In this document: one piece after another, positions 63,332-64,000 of the stretch
How positions within the stretch are numbered: the stretch's first letter is position 1
Layout of the letters: every line of letters begins with the position of its first letter
Source of the DNA: Diadema antillarum
Taxonomy: Eukaryota
Reading direction: 5' to 3'
Assembly: GCF_040938485.1 (NCBI RefSeq)
Contig: NW_027272137.1
Location: 620,001-684,000, forward strand
DNA length: 64,000 nt
Program-made: the position numbers and the translations under genes
The notes under the pieces: model-generated
Told to the model about the DNA's origin: nothing
Database searches by the model: none
The model's input: the letters and a program-made list of their open reading frames with translations, nothing else

Positions 63332-63901
63332 TTAAAGGGATGGTATAGTATTGGTGGAGATAAAAATAGGGCTTTTAACTTTTTGCGAGATACTAAGAAA
63401 CCACTTCTGAAACAGTACAAAGCATACCATTCTAAGAGGAAATCAAAATATATTGATGAAAATAGGTTTGGGAATGGCCAAGACATCCAAAAACAGAGTA
63501 AAACAAAGTAATCATAATAAAAGGTGGGTCCCACCTTTTACTTTTAAAGCTGTTATTTTTGTGAGGGTTATATTTTCACAAATCACAGTTGGATCGCGAA
63601 TTTAACAGCACATGAAAATGCCTCGCTGCACTTGGATGATATGGCATTTATGTTTGCGTCGGCATCAAGTTGCGAAAACAACATCTCGTGAAAATAAGCA
63701 TGACTTCTTCATTCGCAAAAATATCTGTACGCAAAAATAAAATTTTGGATATCTCAGCCATTCCAAAACCAATTTTCATCAAATAAATGTTGAATTCCTC
63801 TTGGAATTAGATGCTCTTTCACATTTCAAAAGAGCTCTCTCATTATCTCACCAAAAATGTCAGAAAGTTAGGTCTCAACTAGAACTATACAATCCCTTTA
63901 A
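63332..63901. mobile_element. TTAA-flanked MITE with long imperfect TIRs
   Basis: TTAA|AGGGATGGTATAGT...ACTATACAATCCCT|TTAA. Inverted similarity extends ~150 bp. Confidence 0.7.
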
Positions 63902-64000
63902 AGACTACATCTAGGTATGAAAGACACATCATGACTAAAAGAACAAGCTAATTTTTTGAAAAAATTGAAGTATATAAGAGCACGGAAACCTTTGCTTCGA

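Overview
Intron-rich, AT-rich animal genomic DNA with two assembly gaps. It is probably an invertebrate deuterostome such as a sea urchin (inference from gene structure and repeat content). Four protein-coding genes were assembled by hand from splice sites. (1) TMEM107 (minus strand; 5 coding exons at 5720-10456 plus a non-coding first exon near 14.3 kb), with a U12-type minor intron. (2) COPB2/beta'-COP (plus strand; 23 coding exons at 14536-40982, 915 aa), head-to-head with TMEM107 across a promoter of about 200 bp. (3) FoxL2 (minus strand; single coding exon at 53128-54402), convergent with COPB2. (4) The last coding exon of an EFHD1/2 (swiprosin-1)-like gene (minus strand; 62530-62664). 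Introns and intergenic DNA hold many non-autonomous DNA transposons, often nested. They also hold a Penelope-like GIY-YIG fragment with a hammerhead ribozyme motif, a second hammerhead palindrome, a tRNA-derived element, LINE 3' ends and a 65-bp minisatellite. Most ORFs in the supplied track are spurious. The strongest leads are the FoxL2-COPB2 linkage (also present in vertebrates) bracketed by convergent CTCF-like motifs, the minor intron, the hammerhead motifs, and a tRNA-headed element with a Penelope-like inverted structure. I did not find a clearly new protein-coding system.
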